Made by a program: the position numbers and the translations under genes
Part shown: positions 49,161 through 62,849 of the stretch, one piece after another
Numbering within the stretch: position 1 is the stretch's first letter
Layout of the letters: every line of letters begins with the position of its first letter
The notes under the pieces: model-generated
What the model was told of the DNA's origin: nothing
The model's database searches: none
The model's input: the letters and a program-made list of their open reading frames with translations, nothing else
Source: Felis catus
Taxonomy: Eukaryota
Length of the DNA stretch: 64,000 nucleotides
Reading direction: 5' to 3'
Assembly (NCBI RefSeq): GCF_018350175.1
Contig: NC_058386.1
Coordinates: 113,770,001-113,834,000 of the forward strand

Positions 49161-51124
49161 TGAATGAATGAGAAGCAGCTGAAATGAAAATGATCCTCTT
49201 TGCTACCTTGCCCTTTTACTGAGCGTTCCGGTTGTCAGTTTAGATGATTGCCATTGTGTGGTGTCATTCCATTCTAATGCTGTTAAGAATACCACATTGC
49301 AAGCCGTACTCCTTAACAGGAAAAACGTGCCAAGACAAATTCTCAGATACTGAAACCGAGAAAGCCAGCACTCAACCTCAGTCTCTGTGGACACCCATCT
49401 AGCTCATTATGACGACAAAGGAACTTTCTTGTTCGCTAGCATTTGAGCCCCTCGGCTCCCTTGTCTCCAGCCTACCTGGAACCTAGCTTAGTGCTCTACT
49501 GCTCCGAGGCTCTAAGACCCATGCCCAGCAGGTCCACCTCTGGGGTGGTGCTTCCCAGACTCCCCAAGGTTGATGGCTGGCATTTACCGCTCCTTTTGGC
49601 TTAGCAAGGATGATGGGGAGGGGAAAGAGGTGGGGAGAGGAAGGAGGGGTCATCTTTGCTTACTTTCCAAGGCACTGCCTTTTGCTTCTTCCAAATCCGT
49701 CTGCCTGCTCATAGAACTGAAGGTGAGGGGCAAAGCACACTTCTACCTGCTGTTACAAAAGTCATGACCTCGCTCCCTTTAGAAAATCTTCCCACTGAAT
49801 CTCTACAACCTCATTTTTGTTCCTATGTTACAAATAAAGAAACTCAGTGACCAATCATTCCCCTAGTAGCTGTCCCATGAATGCCACCATTCTTCTGCTA
49901 TCTTTGTCCACAAGAAGCCCTTTGTGTGACATAAATATGATGTGTGGCACTGTCATTGTTTTTGCTGTAAACCCCAGGCATTAAAATCATTCCTCCAACT
50001 AATATTTTTTTCAGCACCAACCACTGGCTCAGCACTGGGAATACAGCAGGGGACAAGACAGACACAGAACTGTAGGGATTAGAATGGGGACAGAAAGAGA
50101 GACATCACTGTACAGCAAGTGCTGTAACGGAGGAAATTAAGGATGTGGGGGGGGGGGTACAGAAGAGAGCTGGTTAATATAGACTGAGGGTACAGGTAGA
50201 CAGAAAAGGCTTTGTTTGCTACAGTACAGATGAGAATGGCCAAGTCCAAGTAGGCCAATATAAAGTATTTCCAGACCTCAGCTTGCAAAATATTCATTTA
50301 ATCAACAGATATCTATCAAATATGTACTCTATGCTATGCAGTGAGGATAAAAAAGCAAACATGGCCCATGCCCTTAGATGGGTATTTCAACCAGATGGCC
50401 TCAAAGGTGCCTCCAAACAAGCATATTTGATGGTTTTCCCTCCCAACAGAACACAAGTCTTTTGATTTAATGCCACCACGCCAAACCTCAAGGGTAACAA
50501 CAGGCAGTCTTTCCAAGATTAGAAGGGCATCTCCTTAGAATCCAACAAAAAGAAAACCCATCAAATCTCCCCGGTGTCTAAGAGAAGACAATGCCTGTGG
50601 CTTTCATGACACATCCCATAGCCCAGCTCTCTTCAACAGGCCCATAAAGGAAATGACAAATAACTCAAAGCAGCAGGCATGGAGAGCTCCAAGAAAACTC
50701 CTCCCCATTCATATGCCAGAGAACAGAGTTATTACTGTGGCGTCCTTGCTTTTATAACTGTATATCATGCCTGGCTCTTTGCCAGGTACTGTTCTCAGTA
50801 CTGTGCACATGTTAATTCGTTCATTACTCACAATAACCCCTTGAGGGAGGTACTTTGATTATTCCCACCTTACAGATGAGTAAATTAAGGCACACAGAGG
50901 TCAAGTAACTTGACCAGGTTGTAGTCTTTTTTTTTCTTTTTTTGCATAATTACACAATCTGGTATTGAAATACATCATCCCAGAAATGTTTCCAGTACGC
51001 TTTCCATGTTCCAAACTAAGATATGCCATGCTGGCCCCTAATGAGGTACAGTAAGCAATCAAGCAACATACAAATATTGACCACCCAAGAGGTTCTTGGC
51101 TCTGTTTCAACACGCTATGGGAAG

Positions 51125-51232
51125 TGACTCAGCCTTCTCAGGTTGCTATAACAAGATACCACAGAGTGGACAGCTTAAGAAACAGAAATGTATTTTTCAA
51201 AGTTCTGAAAGCTGGAAGTCTGAGATAAGGGT
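51125..51232 (-). mobile_element. MLT1A/MST-type MaLR LTR, left part
   Basis: gctataacaagataccacaga...aaacagaaatgtattt...gctggaagtctgagataagg. Confidence 0.75.
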
Positions 51233-54008
51233 AATTTTTGAAGGAACTCCATACTGTTCTCCACAATAGCTGTACCAATTTACATTCCCATCCTAAGGGT
51301 TTCCTTTTCTCCACATCTTTGCCAATACTTGTAATCTTCTGACTTTTTGAAAATAGCTGTTCTCACAGGTGTGACGTGATATCTCATCGTGGTTTTGATT
51401 TTCATTTCCCTGATTAGTGATGTTAAGCATCTTTTCATTACCTGTTGGCTGTCTGTATGCTCTCTTTGGAAAAATGTCTGTTGAGGTCCTTCATTCATTT
51501 GCAATGGGGCTACGCGTCAGTGGGTTTATTTTTTTTGTTTTTGTTTTTTCAATTGAATTGTAAGCATTCTTTATTTACATTGTATATTAACCCCCTATTG
51601 TCTTTTCATTTTATTGTACCCTTTGCTGTGCAGAAACTATTTGGTTTGATGTAGTCCACTTGTTTACTTTTGCTTTAGTTGCCTGTGCTTTGGGTGTCAG
51701 ATCCAAAAATCATTGCCAAGATCATTGTCAAGCAGCTTTTCCCCTACGTTTTCTTCTAGGAGTTTTACAGTTTCAGGTCTTATATTTATGTCTTTAATCT
51801 ATTTTGAATTGATTTTTGAGTATGGTACAAGGTAAAGGCCCAATTTCATTCTTTTTCAAGTGGATATCCAGTTTTACCAGAACCATTTATCAAGAGGTTA
51901 TCCTTTCCCCATTATGTATTCTTGACCACCCTTTGTCAAAAATTAGCTGACCATATATGCGTGGGTTTATTTCNNNNNNNNNNNNNNNNNNNNNNNNNNN
52001 NNNNNNNNNNNNNNNNNNNNNNNNNNNNNNNNNNNNNNNNNNNNNNNNNNNNNNNNNNNNNNNNNNNNNNNNNNNNNNNNNNNNNNNNNNNNNNNNNNNN
52101 NNNNNNNNNNGATAACNNNNNNNNNNNNNNNNNNNNNNNNNNNNNNNNNNNNNNNNNNNNNNNNNNNNNNNNNNNNNNNNNNNNNNNNNNNNNNNNNNNN
52201 NNNNNNNNNNNNNNNNNNNNNNNNNNNNNNNNNNNNNNNNNNNNNNNNNNNNNNNNNNNNNNNNNNNNNNNNNNNNNNNNNNNNNNNNNNNNNNNNNNNN
52301 NNNNNNNNNNNNNNNNNNNNNNNNNNNNNNNNNNNNNNTACTGATCTTTCACCTCCTCAGTTATATTTATTCCTAAATATTTTATTATTTTTTATACTAT
52401 TGTAGATAGGGTTGTTTTTAATTTCTTTCTTGGATAGTTTGTTGTTAGTGTATAGAAAAGCAACTGGTGTTTGTATATTGATTTTGCATCCTGAAAATTT
52501 ACTGAATTTATTAGTTTGAACTGTTTTTTTGTGGAGTCTTTATGATTTTCTCTATAAAAGATCATGTCATCTTCAAGCAAAGACACTTTTACTTCTTTAT
52601 GATTTGAATGTTTTGCCTTTTTTTCTTGCCTAATTGTTCTGGCTAGGACCTTCACTACTAGAATAGAAGTGGTAAAGCTGGGCATCCTTGTCCTGTTCTT
52701 GGTCTTTGAGGAAAAGCTTTCAGCTTTTCACCACTGAGTATAATGTCAGCTGTGAGGCTATCATATATNNNNNNNNNNNNNNNNNNNNNNNNNNNNNNNN
52801 NNNNNNNNNNNNNNNNNNNNNNNNNNNNNNNNNNNNNNNNNNNNNNNNNNNNNNNNNNNNNNNNNNNNNNNNNNNNNNNNNNNNNNNNNNNNNNNNNNNN
52901 TTGTTAATGTGGCATGTCACATTAATTGACTTGCATATGTGAAAGCATCCTTGCATCCCAGGGATAACTCCCACTTGGGATTAAATTTGTTTTGCTAGTA
53001 TTTTGTTAAGAATTATGTTGAGAATTATGTTCATCAAAATATTGGCTTCTAGTTTTCTTTTCTCATAGTGCTTTGTCCAGCTTTAGTATTCAGGTAATGT
53101 GGGCTTCCAAATGAGGTTGGAAGTGTTCCTTACAATTCAGTTTTTTGGAAGAGTTTGAGAAGGATCAGTATCAATTCTTTTTCAAATCTTTGTTACATTC
53201 ACCAGTGAATCCATCTGGTCCTGGGATTCTCTTTCTTGGGAGATTTTTAATTACAGATTTCATCTCCTTATTCATGATTGATCTGGTCAGATTTTCTATT
53301 TATTCATGATTCAGTCTTAGGTTGTACGTTTCTTGGAATTTACCCATTTCTTCTGGGTTATCCAATTTGTTGGCATCTAATTGTTCATAGTNNNNNNNNN
53401 NNNNNNNNNNNNNNNNNNNNNNNNNNNNNNNNNNNNNNNNNNNNNNNNNNNNNNNNNNNNNNNNNNNNNNNNNNNNNNNNNNNNNNNNNNNNNNNNNNNN
53501 NNNNNNNNNNNNNNNNNNNNNNNNNNNNNNNNNNNNNNNNNNTCATTAATCTTTTCTATTGCCCTTCTGGTCTCGAGTTCATTTATTTCTGCCCTTCTCT
53601 CTGTGATCTCCTTCCTCCTACCAGCTTTGGGCTTAGTGTGTTCTTTTTCTAGTTCCGTAAGGTATGAAATTAGGCTGTTCATTTGAAATCTTTCTATTTT
53701 CTTTTTTTAATGTTTATTTATTTTGAGAGAGAGAATGAGAGAAGGGCAGAGAGAGGGAGAGAATCCCAAGCAGGCTCCGTATTGTCAGTGCAGAGCCTGA
53801 CACGGGGCTCATACTCACAAACACATGAGATCATGACCTGAGCTGAAACCAAGAGTTGGACACTTAACTTGACCGAGCCACCCAGATGTCCCCAAATCTT
53901 CCTATTTTCTTAATGTAGACATCTATTGCTATAAACTTTCCTCTTATAACTGCTTTTGCTGCATACTGTAAGTTTTGGTAAGTTGTGTTTCCATTTTTGT
54001 TTGTCTCA
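51233..54008 (-). mobile_element. L1 ORF2 fragment inserted in the LTR (several N-gaps)
   Basis: Minus-strand translations MKRCLTSLIIREM, GVIPGMQGCFHI, ELEKEHTKPKAGRRKEI and [18 protein letters not shown] are L1 ORF2 motifs. Confidence 0.93.
53704..53893 (-). mobile_element. Can-SINE nested in L1
   Basis: TSD aaatctt(t/c)ctattttctt at 53686-53703 and 53894-53911. Confidence 0.95.
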
Positions 54009-54016
54009 AACAAACA

Positions 54017-54141
54017 CCAAGCAGGCTCTGCGTTGTCAGTGCAGAGCCCGATATGGGGCTCAAACCCATGAACTGTGAGATCATGACCGGAGGTGAAATC
54101 AAGAGTCGAATGCTCACCCAACTGAGCCACCCAAGCGCCCC
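54017..54141 (-). mobile_element. Tail-less Can-SINE 5' half
   Basis: ccaagcaggctctgcg...gagccacccaagcgcccc; no (AG)n or poly-T. Confidence 0.9.
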
Positions 54142-54229
54142 AAGGCCTCACTTTCTAATATCATCACATTGGGACTTAGGGCTTCAACATATAAATTTGG
54201 GGGGAATGGAAATATCCAATCTTTAACAA
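54142..54229 (-). mobile_element. MLT1A/MST-type LTR, right part
   Basis: aaggcctcactttctaatatcatcacattggg...cttcaacatataaatttggggg. Confidence 0.75.
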
Positions 54230-54299
54230 TGAGATACATGATGTCAAACTCTTATTTTCTCAGTTATAGTGTGAGCTCTTTTATGGCATAAATTGATAG

Positions 54300-54500
54300 C
54301 CAATAATGTAGTGGTTAAGGGTATAGGTTCTGAATTCATGAGAACTGAGTTCAAATCCCAGTTTCATCACTAACTGAACTAGGTAGCCATGGGCAAGCTA
54401 CCTGACCTCTCTGAACCTTCTAAAATGGTCAAAAGGACAATTCTGAGCAGTAGGGATTAAATGATGTGATCAATATAAAATAATAAATCCAGCGTCTGAC
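54300..54500 (+). mobile_element. MIR SINE
   Basis: tgtagtggttaagggtataggttctg...gagttcaaatcccag...gggcaagctacctgacctctctgaacc. Confidence 0.75.
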
Positions 54501-56559
54501 CAAAAGCAAACAATGCATACTAACGAAACATATATGCACATCACATAAAGCAGAGAATAATTAAGTAGGGAATCCGTGGTACTGAAGACAAGTGTTGCGG
54601 GAGGTCTCATAGTGAGGATCAGTACAAAAAGCAGGTGTAAGAGAAGGCTTAAGGGAGGAGTTAGTTCTCATTCCAAGATAGTTCTGTATTCTAAAATGCA
54701 CTGGTTCCCAATGGGTTTGGATAGAAGATGGGGGACTCGTGCTACCTTCCCTGCTCATCGTATACAATTTTTCTAAGGCCGTAACGTAAGTTGGTGTAAA
54801 TATTCCAGGAGTTCATGAGAAAAGGGGCTCTGTGAAAATCAAAATGATTATCATATGGTTAACAAGTGCAGGCATGGCTGAGCTTGTATTATAACAGCAA
54901 CAATCTAAGTGGTGGCAATGACTGTCACATTATTGCAAAATGAAAGACTATCAGTTCAATCCACCAGGAGGGTTGGCAAGCTACTGACTCTGTGACAAAG
55001 ATTCAGTGACGTTTAGCCTGAACCGTGTATTTTACTTCCCCATGCGAGGGCTCCAGTGGCCACTGTATGTATCATCTCCACCAGCATCAGGAGACAGGGG
55101 TGTATCTGAAGTTGGCTCCCTTGTGGTCCCCTTAGCCTCTAAATTCTATCTCCTGTGGCACAGAAGCATCTTAGTAGTTTCACATATTTGATTTAGAAGT
55201 ATCTTCTTCCAGGTATTTCTGACTAGTCCCTNNNNNNNNNNNNNNNNNNNNNNNNNNNNNNNNNNNNNNNNNNNNNNNNNNNNNNNNNNNNNNNNNNNNN
55301 NNNNNNNNNNNNNNNNNNNNNNNNNNNNNNNNNNNNNNNNNNNNNNNNNNNNNNNNNNNNNNNNNNNNNNNNNNNNNNNNNNNNNNNNNNNNNNNNNNNN
55401 NNNNNNNNNNNNNNNNNNNNNNNNNNNNNNNNNNNNNNNNNNNNNNNNNNNNNNNNNNNNNNNNNNNNNNNNNNNNNNNNNNNNNNNNNNNNNNNNNNNN
55501 NNNNNNNNNNNNNNNNNNNNNNNNNNNNNNCCCTACTTACCAGCCCCATGTTCACAGGATAGAGTCAAAGAGGTATCTGATTATGAAGACCATGTTATTA
55601 TTGCTAAGAATGCAGTGAGAATTCTACAAATAATTGGAACCTAACTCCCTTTATCAAAAGAAGTGAACAAACTACATGTTGTTACATAGCATCTACAGAC
55701 TGTTTGGTTTGCTAGGTCTCTAGCGTGTCAATTCTTGTTATTTGCAGCAACTCATTCTAATTTTCCCGGGAGTCTGTAAAGTCATACTGCATACATGCGC
55801 AATCAATGTCTTTTAAATGTAATCTGTGATAATGACTCACGTCTTCAGGCTTAATCTTCAGATGGAATCGATACGGTCTTGGCGGTTTTGAATTTAATGA
55901 ATACTTTTAGTTGTATTTTATTTATTGAAAAGTCAAGTTCTTCTGCCAAAATGACCCAGTAAGTATATCATTGCATCTGTACTGTATTCATAAATAGCAC
56001 TAGAGAGATTTAATCCAGCAACTCTATGAGAGCTACAAACAATAAATAACTCAAGGGAATAGGATGCAAATAGCATATTCAGAAAAAAATAAACAAAAGG
56101 TGACATTCATTTGCAAAAATTCCTGATGCCTTACTGAAACGTACTGGTCAATCTAATTTATTTGATATTCATGACATGTAAATTAAAATAAATAAAGCCC
56201 AACTTTCCACTACCACCCAAGCAGTTACTCCATTCCAACCACCTTTCCGTTGGGAATGGCATGTGTTAAATCAACATGAGACCAGTAATAGAATGTACCC
56301 GAAAGGGCAATGCAAGCATTAACAAATTTCCCTTTTAGGTAACGCTATATTGATATAAGCTAGTGGGCACATAACTGATTGTATTATGTTAAATGAAATC
56401 TAGGATCCCCATCCCACCTCAAATTACTGAAATGTAATTAAAGAACTTTGCATCTTTCTATGCTTCTAGTCTGTGCCACAGATATATTTAAACTAACTTA
56501 TTTCTGCTAATTAAAGTTGCACTGCCTGCTGTGGAAAATTTGGAAATTAGGAAAAGCAG

Positions 56560-57240
56560 AAAGAAGCGAATAGCTACACATAAGCCCACCAACTAGAGAT
56601 AATCTTCTGTCGGTATCTTCGCTTTTTTTTTCCAGTTCTTTTCTCCACGTATTAATTTTTCTCTCTTACTTGTATATCTCAATCTTTTCACATAACGCAA
56701 CATAATAGCATTGTCCACGTTATTAAAATTTATCATACACTTACATTTTAAATGGCCACATAATATGCTACCAAATAATCCCCTAATGTTGAATATTTAG
56801 GTTGTTCCCATTGTTGTTAGAATAAATAAGGCAGCAATGAACATCTACGTCAGATCTGCAGACAAATGACAGTGAAATTTTTTAGTTTTTGTTCTAGATG
56901 TAGAATTACAAGGTCAAAGGATATATGCATTTTAAGGCTTTAGATACATCCGGTCAATGTGATCTCCAGAAAGATTGAATGTGCCTTTCCAACTGCAGTA
57001 TACTTGAATATCAGCCTTAACTTAATGCTCTTCAACAGTGAGTACTGTCAGTAAATTACAAACAAACGAAATCACCTTCTGCCAATATTATAAATATTTA
57101 TTTATTTAAAATATATTTATCTAAGAAACAGGTGATTTATTAATTTTAATTTCCTTGATTACTAGAAAAGGAAGTTACACATTTTCTCATAGGTTTATTG
57201 ACTCTTTGTAGCTTGTATGTTGTAAATTGACTCTTTTAAG
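56560..57240 (-). mobile_element. Old L1 (L1ME-type) 3' fragments
   Basis: cccctaatgttgaatatttaggttgttccc...agaattacaaggtcaaagg. Confidence 0.6.
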
Positions 57241-57470
57241 CCTTTTGAGACTGGGGCCATGTTTAAATCAATAAGATTCTAAATATTTTCAAAGAGGAAG
57301 AAATAAGGATTCCTTCTATCTCCCTAAGTTTATCCTAAATACCACTCGTCCAAGCCTACTTCCAACTTTCCTCAGTGGGGATAGCCAGCTTTCGCTATGA
57401 CTTTATATATACAGATCAATTAATTTAACTTTCAGCTTCCTTTTCTTTAAAATTAAGATCTTCTGGTCCA

Positions 57471-57860
57471 ATGGTTCCCACACTTTACTGTACATAAAAA
57501 TCACTCGAGTGCTGGTTAAAATGCAGATTCCTTGGTCTGTCTCCTAGAGATTCTGATGAAGCGTATCTTGATTAGGATCCAGAAAGTATATTTTAACAAG
57601 CACTCCAAGCAATTTTGATAAAGATGATCTAGAGACCACACTTTGAGAAGCACCACTTTAACCACTTGTCGTAGATCTTGGCTAACCCAGAAATCCCATA
57701 GGAACTCTCTCGTGTTCTCCTCATCAGGTTCCTCCTCAGTGCTTTCCTTTGCCAATAGTTCCTTCAGTGAGTGTGACAACCCAGAAACACTCCCCACCAC
57801 TTTGACAAATGCCCTGTATAGAAGAGAGCCATTCTGCCCCTGGGTGTGAAACACTGCCAG
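57471..57860. mobile_element. MER5A plus adjacent MER20-like hAT fragment
   Basis: ggttaaaatgcagattcc...gaccacactttgagaagcac, then reverse ggcatttgtcaaag...tctgggttgtcacac. Confidence 0.65.
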
Positions 57861-57915
57861 AATCCCTTTGCCTCAAATTTTTAGAGTATCTCTAACCACT
57901 GCTGAGATTCCTGAG

Positions 57916-57916
<1 letters not shown>

Positions 57917-57958
<42 letters not shown>
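57917..57958. repeat. (TG)n microsatellite
   Basis: Direct reading. Confidence 0.98.
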
Positions 57959-57961
<3 letters not shown>

Positions 57962-59924
57962 AGTCCAATATCATATGTTTCTTTTTAACAACCTTAGATC
58001 TACTTGTTATCGTTATCCCTCAGAGAAGACGATGACCCTTCACACACATACAAGATGGTAGAACTAGAACAGAAAAGGATATAGAGAACAAAGAGCATAC
58101 GACTGGCTCTCTTTGGGAATCTATGTATCAGTATCCTTTCTACGCACAATGGAAAAACAACAAGGAGTTGGGAAGATAAACACTGACTTACATTAAACAG
58201 TGACTGCTCATGTGCCTCTCAGATAATAAAGGTCTTGCCAAACTCTTTGCCAAAGCTGTCATCCTATGTCCAGGATGATTCTGATTTTAGGCCAACATTG
58301 GAGGCTAAGGTGTATGTGGAGTACGTTCCCTTGGGATGCCCACCACACAAGAGCAGAAATGGGCAGAGTGGGACAGTGGGTACACACTGGGCAGTTCTTG
58401 GCAGGCAGAGGGCAATTGGTGTGGAAGTATGCTAATATTTTGGACACTGTGAGTTTCCATGACCCCTGGGCCTTTTTTCCCTTCCTTCCTGGCAGCTGCA
58501 GTTAAGGAGGACTCACCATGAAAACAGCTGCGTTCGTAGTTGGTAAGCTGTCAGAATGTTGGAAGAATTTATTTCTATCTCAGTCTATGGAATGGAATGG
58601 TCCAGCTAGCATGACTGTCTGCTTCTTTGATACATTTTTTGTCCTAAGTGGGTTGAAGGAGACAGGCTGAAGAAGTGATCCTTCTAGAGATACCTTTTAG
58701 TTTAATAACATTATGAGAATCCAAGCCCAGGAACTACTCAAAACATAGAGCCAAAAACTTGCAAGAGCCAAGAGTGAACACACAGGGCCATATTGGGAGG
58801 AAGTGGGTATCACTGCTGCCCTTACTGCTTCAGCAACCACAGTATCCAATAAATAATTGCAAGACCATTTCTATGAGCTGCAAAGACAAGACCCCAGAGA
58901 AGTAGTAACTCGGTGATTCTCTGGACAGTAATATCATCAGGTTGTCACACATGCCTACTGGTAGCAAAGACAATTAAAGAGACTGTCTCTCCAGGGCTTT
59001 TCCCAGTACATTTACTGGCCATTTGACCTCTTGTCAGCATAAAACGCTAATAATCATTGTTCCCTCTTCCAACTCCTCCTCTCTCAGCTCCCACATCTGA
59101 GCTTTGTCTTGCCCTTAAAGGGCCCCACTATGTCCACACTTCCGCATTCAGACTGCGAATAAAGAATACCCCCACTTGGCTCTGTATGTGTGCTCGATAC
59201 TTCTCTTGGGCCTCCTTACTTGGCCACCTATTTTGGAGGTGTGTTAGTGTTCTATCACGGCAATTTCTTCCAGAACAAACCTTTGGTATTCATATTACTG
59301 CCCAGAATGATTTAGGAAGAACCTGAGGTCCCTGCTTCCGCCCAGACAGTCCACCAGTTGGGCCTTCACCCTATCCAGATGTCCAACCAGAGGAAGGAAT
59401 GAGTGTCCATTTTCCAGGTTCTCCTGCTTATGCTTTGAGTTCTCTGTCTACACTACTCTAGGTGCCTGGCCTCGTGTAAGACAAACCCTTTGACAGCTCC
59501 TCTTCCTCCTTCAGTCTGCTGAGTACAAATATCAGCCAGATGGAGGCTTTGGGCCCACGGTCTTCACACTACATTCTTTGGGTGTCAACGGTTGCCCGCA
59601 TGCTGATGGCGGCTAAATTTCTACCCGTAGCTGGACTTCTCAACTAAGCCTTATTTCCGTATCATCAGCTGGGCATCTCATCTGTACTTGGCTGGCCTGC
59701 TACCACAATTAAACCCAAATCTTCAAATTCACAGGTCAATAAGCCCAAAGGGACCTCCGAGATGTATTCTCTTTTCTTATTTCCCAGCTTCAGCCTTCAG
59801 CCCCAAGTTCCCCCCAGACCCTCAAATAGAATGCTTATAATTACAGGCTTTGGAGTCAATCAGACGTGGATTCAAATGCTGGCTCAGCTTTTTCTCGGCA
59901 TTGCGGTCAAACATTCTACCCTTT

Positions 59925-60165
59925 CTCTTTTTCCAACGTTATTGAGATACAGCTGACAAATAACGTTGTGTAAATTTAAGAGGCACATGATGATTTGACG
60001 CTGTATATAGGGTGAAATGATTACCACAATAAGGTTAGTTAACACTTCCATTATCTCACATAGTTACCTTTTTTTGCATAGGTGGTGACAACATTTGAGA
60101 TCTACTCTGCTAGCAGTTTTCAAGTATACAATACAGTATTACTAACTATAGGTACCGTGCTCCAT
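59925..60165 (-). mobile_element. L1MA-type 3' end inserted within a MIR
   Basis: ttattgagatacagctgacaaataac...aagtatacaatacagtattactaactatag; MIR halves at ~59840-59900 and ~60180-60330. Confidence 0.8.
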
Positions 60166-60299
60166 TCTACTCTTTCTGAAGGGGAATTTCCTTAGCGTTC
60201 AATTAGGGATGATAACAGAACCTACTTCCTTTCCATGGTGGCTATGAAGATGAATTGAGAAAATGTAATTACAGCACGTGCTTAGCTCAAAACAGGTAC

Positions 60300-61025
60300 T
60301 CATGAAATGGCAGCCATTATCACCCTGACTCTAATGTTTTAAATGTGTATCTACTTGACCTTAGCCAAACCATTCAAATCTTCCTTCAGTGTCTTTCATT
60401 TGCATTAATTTCCCCGACCAACATGTATCTATTGTGCATTTGCTACGGCGCCTGGAAGTGTGTGGGCACCAAGGCCAAAGCAGTGAATAAGAGAGACACG
60501 GTCTGTATCTTTATCAAGCTTACAGACTAGTGGACAGAGATCTGCTTCAAAAAATACAACTCTGATCAATATTATGATGGGGGAAGTCCGTATCAATAGT
60601 TCAGCCCCACAGCAATGAGTTGCAAATCATTTATGACCAGCCCCTTGCTTTGCTAATCCAGCCTGCACGTGGCCACCAAATTCATTTTCCTAAAACACTG
60701 CTTTCTTCACGTAAATCCCTTCCCTAACCTTTCAACCGCTCCCCACTTCTTATGAGATATGGCCAAACTCCCCAGCCTGGCCTTCGTGAGGTACCATATG
60801 CCCAAACACACAGGCTTTGGGGTTAGATATATGGATTTAAGTCTGGGCTCTGCTACTCACGAGGTATGGAAACTTCAGCTCCTCCAGGCCTCACTGACCT
60901 TCCTTGTCAAATGAGGAAACAATCGCTCTTCCGCATCTGGGACTTTCCATGGTTCTCCCTGGCCTGGAATGCCTTCCCCAACCCTTCCTTTGCCGTCTCT
61001 GTCTGAATGGCTCCCACGTATCCTT
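60300..61025. mobile_element. L2 fragments interrupted by a MIR (~60805-60920)
   Basis: aagcttacagactagtgg; ttttcctaaaacactgc; ctggcctggaatgccttcccc. Confidence 0.55.
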
Positions 61026-62026
61026 CAACCAGCGTCTCAGTAGGAATGGCAGATCACATAGAAGAATAAAGAGATAATGAAGCTGATGGTAGACGTCGGT
61101 CAGGGTCTAAATCCTGATCCAGTAAAAAGTTCAGGGGAGGGAGGGTGCTTAATCCTGCCTTGCTTGGCTAAGTGAACAGGGATCCCAGGCTTGGAATGGT
61201 TCACGCTCTGCTGATTGCTAACTACTCTGAACACTATTTCCACTGTGCTGGTTCAAAAAAGTTTTTAGGAGGCCACCTGAGTCTGGGCACACTTGCTGAT
61301 TAACCTGGACACATGCCGAAAGAGCACACCTCACCAAACTTCTATGGGGCTGATGGGTCTCTGTACTCACCGCACATCTAGGGCCCGCACGATCAGCTCT
61401 AATAGTTTGCAAGTGAATGCATGGGCCAGGGCAGCGGTCCAGATTCAGATCTGAACCATGATTATTCCCTCTGTGATCACGGAATCTAAAAGCCCACGCT
61501 TCTGTTCTTCTTGATGAGGCTAAACATTCGCAGGACTCTCTCTCTCTTGTTTAAACAATGCCTCCTCTGCCATTAACAATCACAACCCAAATTAAAATTT
61601 CCTAATGGCGCTGGAAACAAGGCAAAAGGGAGGGAGGAAGAGCCCTCCTTTATTCCTCGGCATACCTTTTAGCTACCTAAAATCTGTACGTTGTCTCAGG
61701 GCAAGCACTACCTGTGTCATCAGTGAGTAGTACAGGGTCAAAGCTAAAAGCGGGTGGTCCATAGATAGTTTTCGAACATCGACTCGGGGCCAGGCCAGGC
61801 ACTTTACTAGGCGCTAAGTAGTTGCTTGGTACATATGTAGTGGACTGAATTGACGACTGTCATGCTTCTTCTATGCAGTCACTGAGGCAGACCCCGGAGG
61901 GCCTCACACCCACTTCACGCCTCAGTTTTCTGAGGCGGAGACACGGGGACTGTTTCACCTTTGATCAACATGTCAAGACTCCCCTTTTCCTCTGTGCCTC
62001 CTTATTATTTGAAAGCACCCATACCC

Positions 62027-62254
62027 TTTTAAAAAAAGTTTTTTTAATGTTTATTTTTGAGAGAGAGAGAGAGAGCGAGAGAGAGCATGCAAGTGGGAGA
62101 GGGGCAAAGAGAGAGGGAGACGCAGAATCCGAAGAAGGCTCCAGGCTCTGAACCGTCAGCCCACAGCCTGACATGGGGCTCAAACTCACAAATCATGAGA
62201 CAATAACCTGAGCTGAAGTTGGACGCTTAACCGACTGAACCACTCAGGCACCCC
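62027..62254 (-). mobile_element. Can-SINE
   Basis: Full body ending gaaccactcaggcacccc; TSD ccatac..ttt. Confidence 0.95.
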
Positions 62255-62775
62255 CATCCATACTTTTTTTTTTTTTTTTTAACAGAAGGTTCCTGAGAAC
62301 CTTCTGAGAACCTCCTGAGAACCTTTAACTGAGAGATGATGAAATGCCCCAAGTTCGCTGGGGAGGGGAGATTCATGAGAGAGCCAATCGAAAGGAGAGT
62401 CATTTCTTTTAACATCTTCATAAAACACGATTTTATAGATAGGAGGGAAAGAATCTGCGTCACCTGCCCTCCGTGTTCAACTGGCAGCCAGAGAGAGAAA
62501 TGATGGAGTGAAGCTATTTGGTGATTTATTGTTGTCACCCTCTCTTCACTCCTATTGTCTCTCTTAGGCCGATAGCCTTCATGCCGGTGGGTTCAGCCTC
62601 CCCTCTGCACTCCTTCACAATTCAGTCAGGTCCACCGAGTCAGAAGCCACGTTCAGTGCCCTCCCTTGTTTTCTCTCAGATCCTCTGGCCTTTATTTACT
62701 TCTTTATTCCGGGCTAAGGCGGTTGTTGCTGTGGCTTACATATTGGAAGGGCTTAGATGCAGAAAAAGAAAAACC

Positions 62776-62776
<1 letters not shown>

Positions 62777-62818
<42 letters not shown>
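62777..62818. repeat. (TG)n microsatellite
   Basis: Direct reading. Confidence 0.98.
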
Positions 62819-62823
<5 letters not shown>

Positions 62824-62849
62824 TTGGAGAGGTGGGGGCTGATCGGAAC

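Noticed and set aside
51922-53686. ORFs of 84-140 aa composed largely of X
   Set aside because: Artefacts of translating through N-runs in L1.
55560-56200. AT-rich unique-looking segment with an AP-1 site (tgactca ~55834), possibly an old DNA transposon
   Set aside because: Could not be assigned to any family or function from the sequence alone.
57516-57854. Protein-like minus ORF (…SLKELLAKESTEEEPDEENTREFLWDFW…) with an apparent acceptor
   Set aside because: The DNA matches MER20-like and MER5A hAT sequence; the acidic stretch is coincidental.
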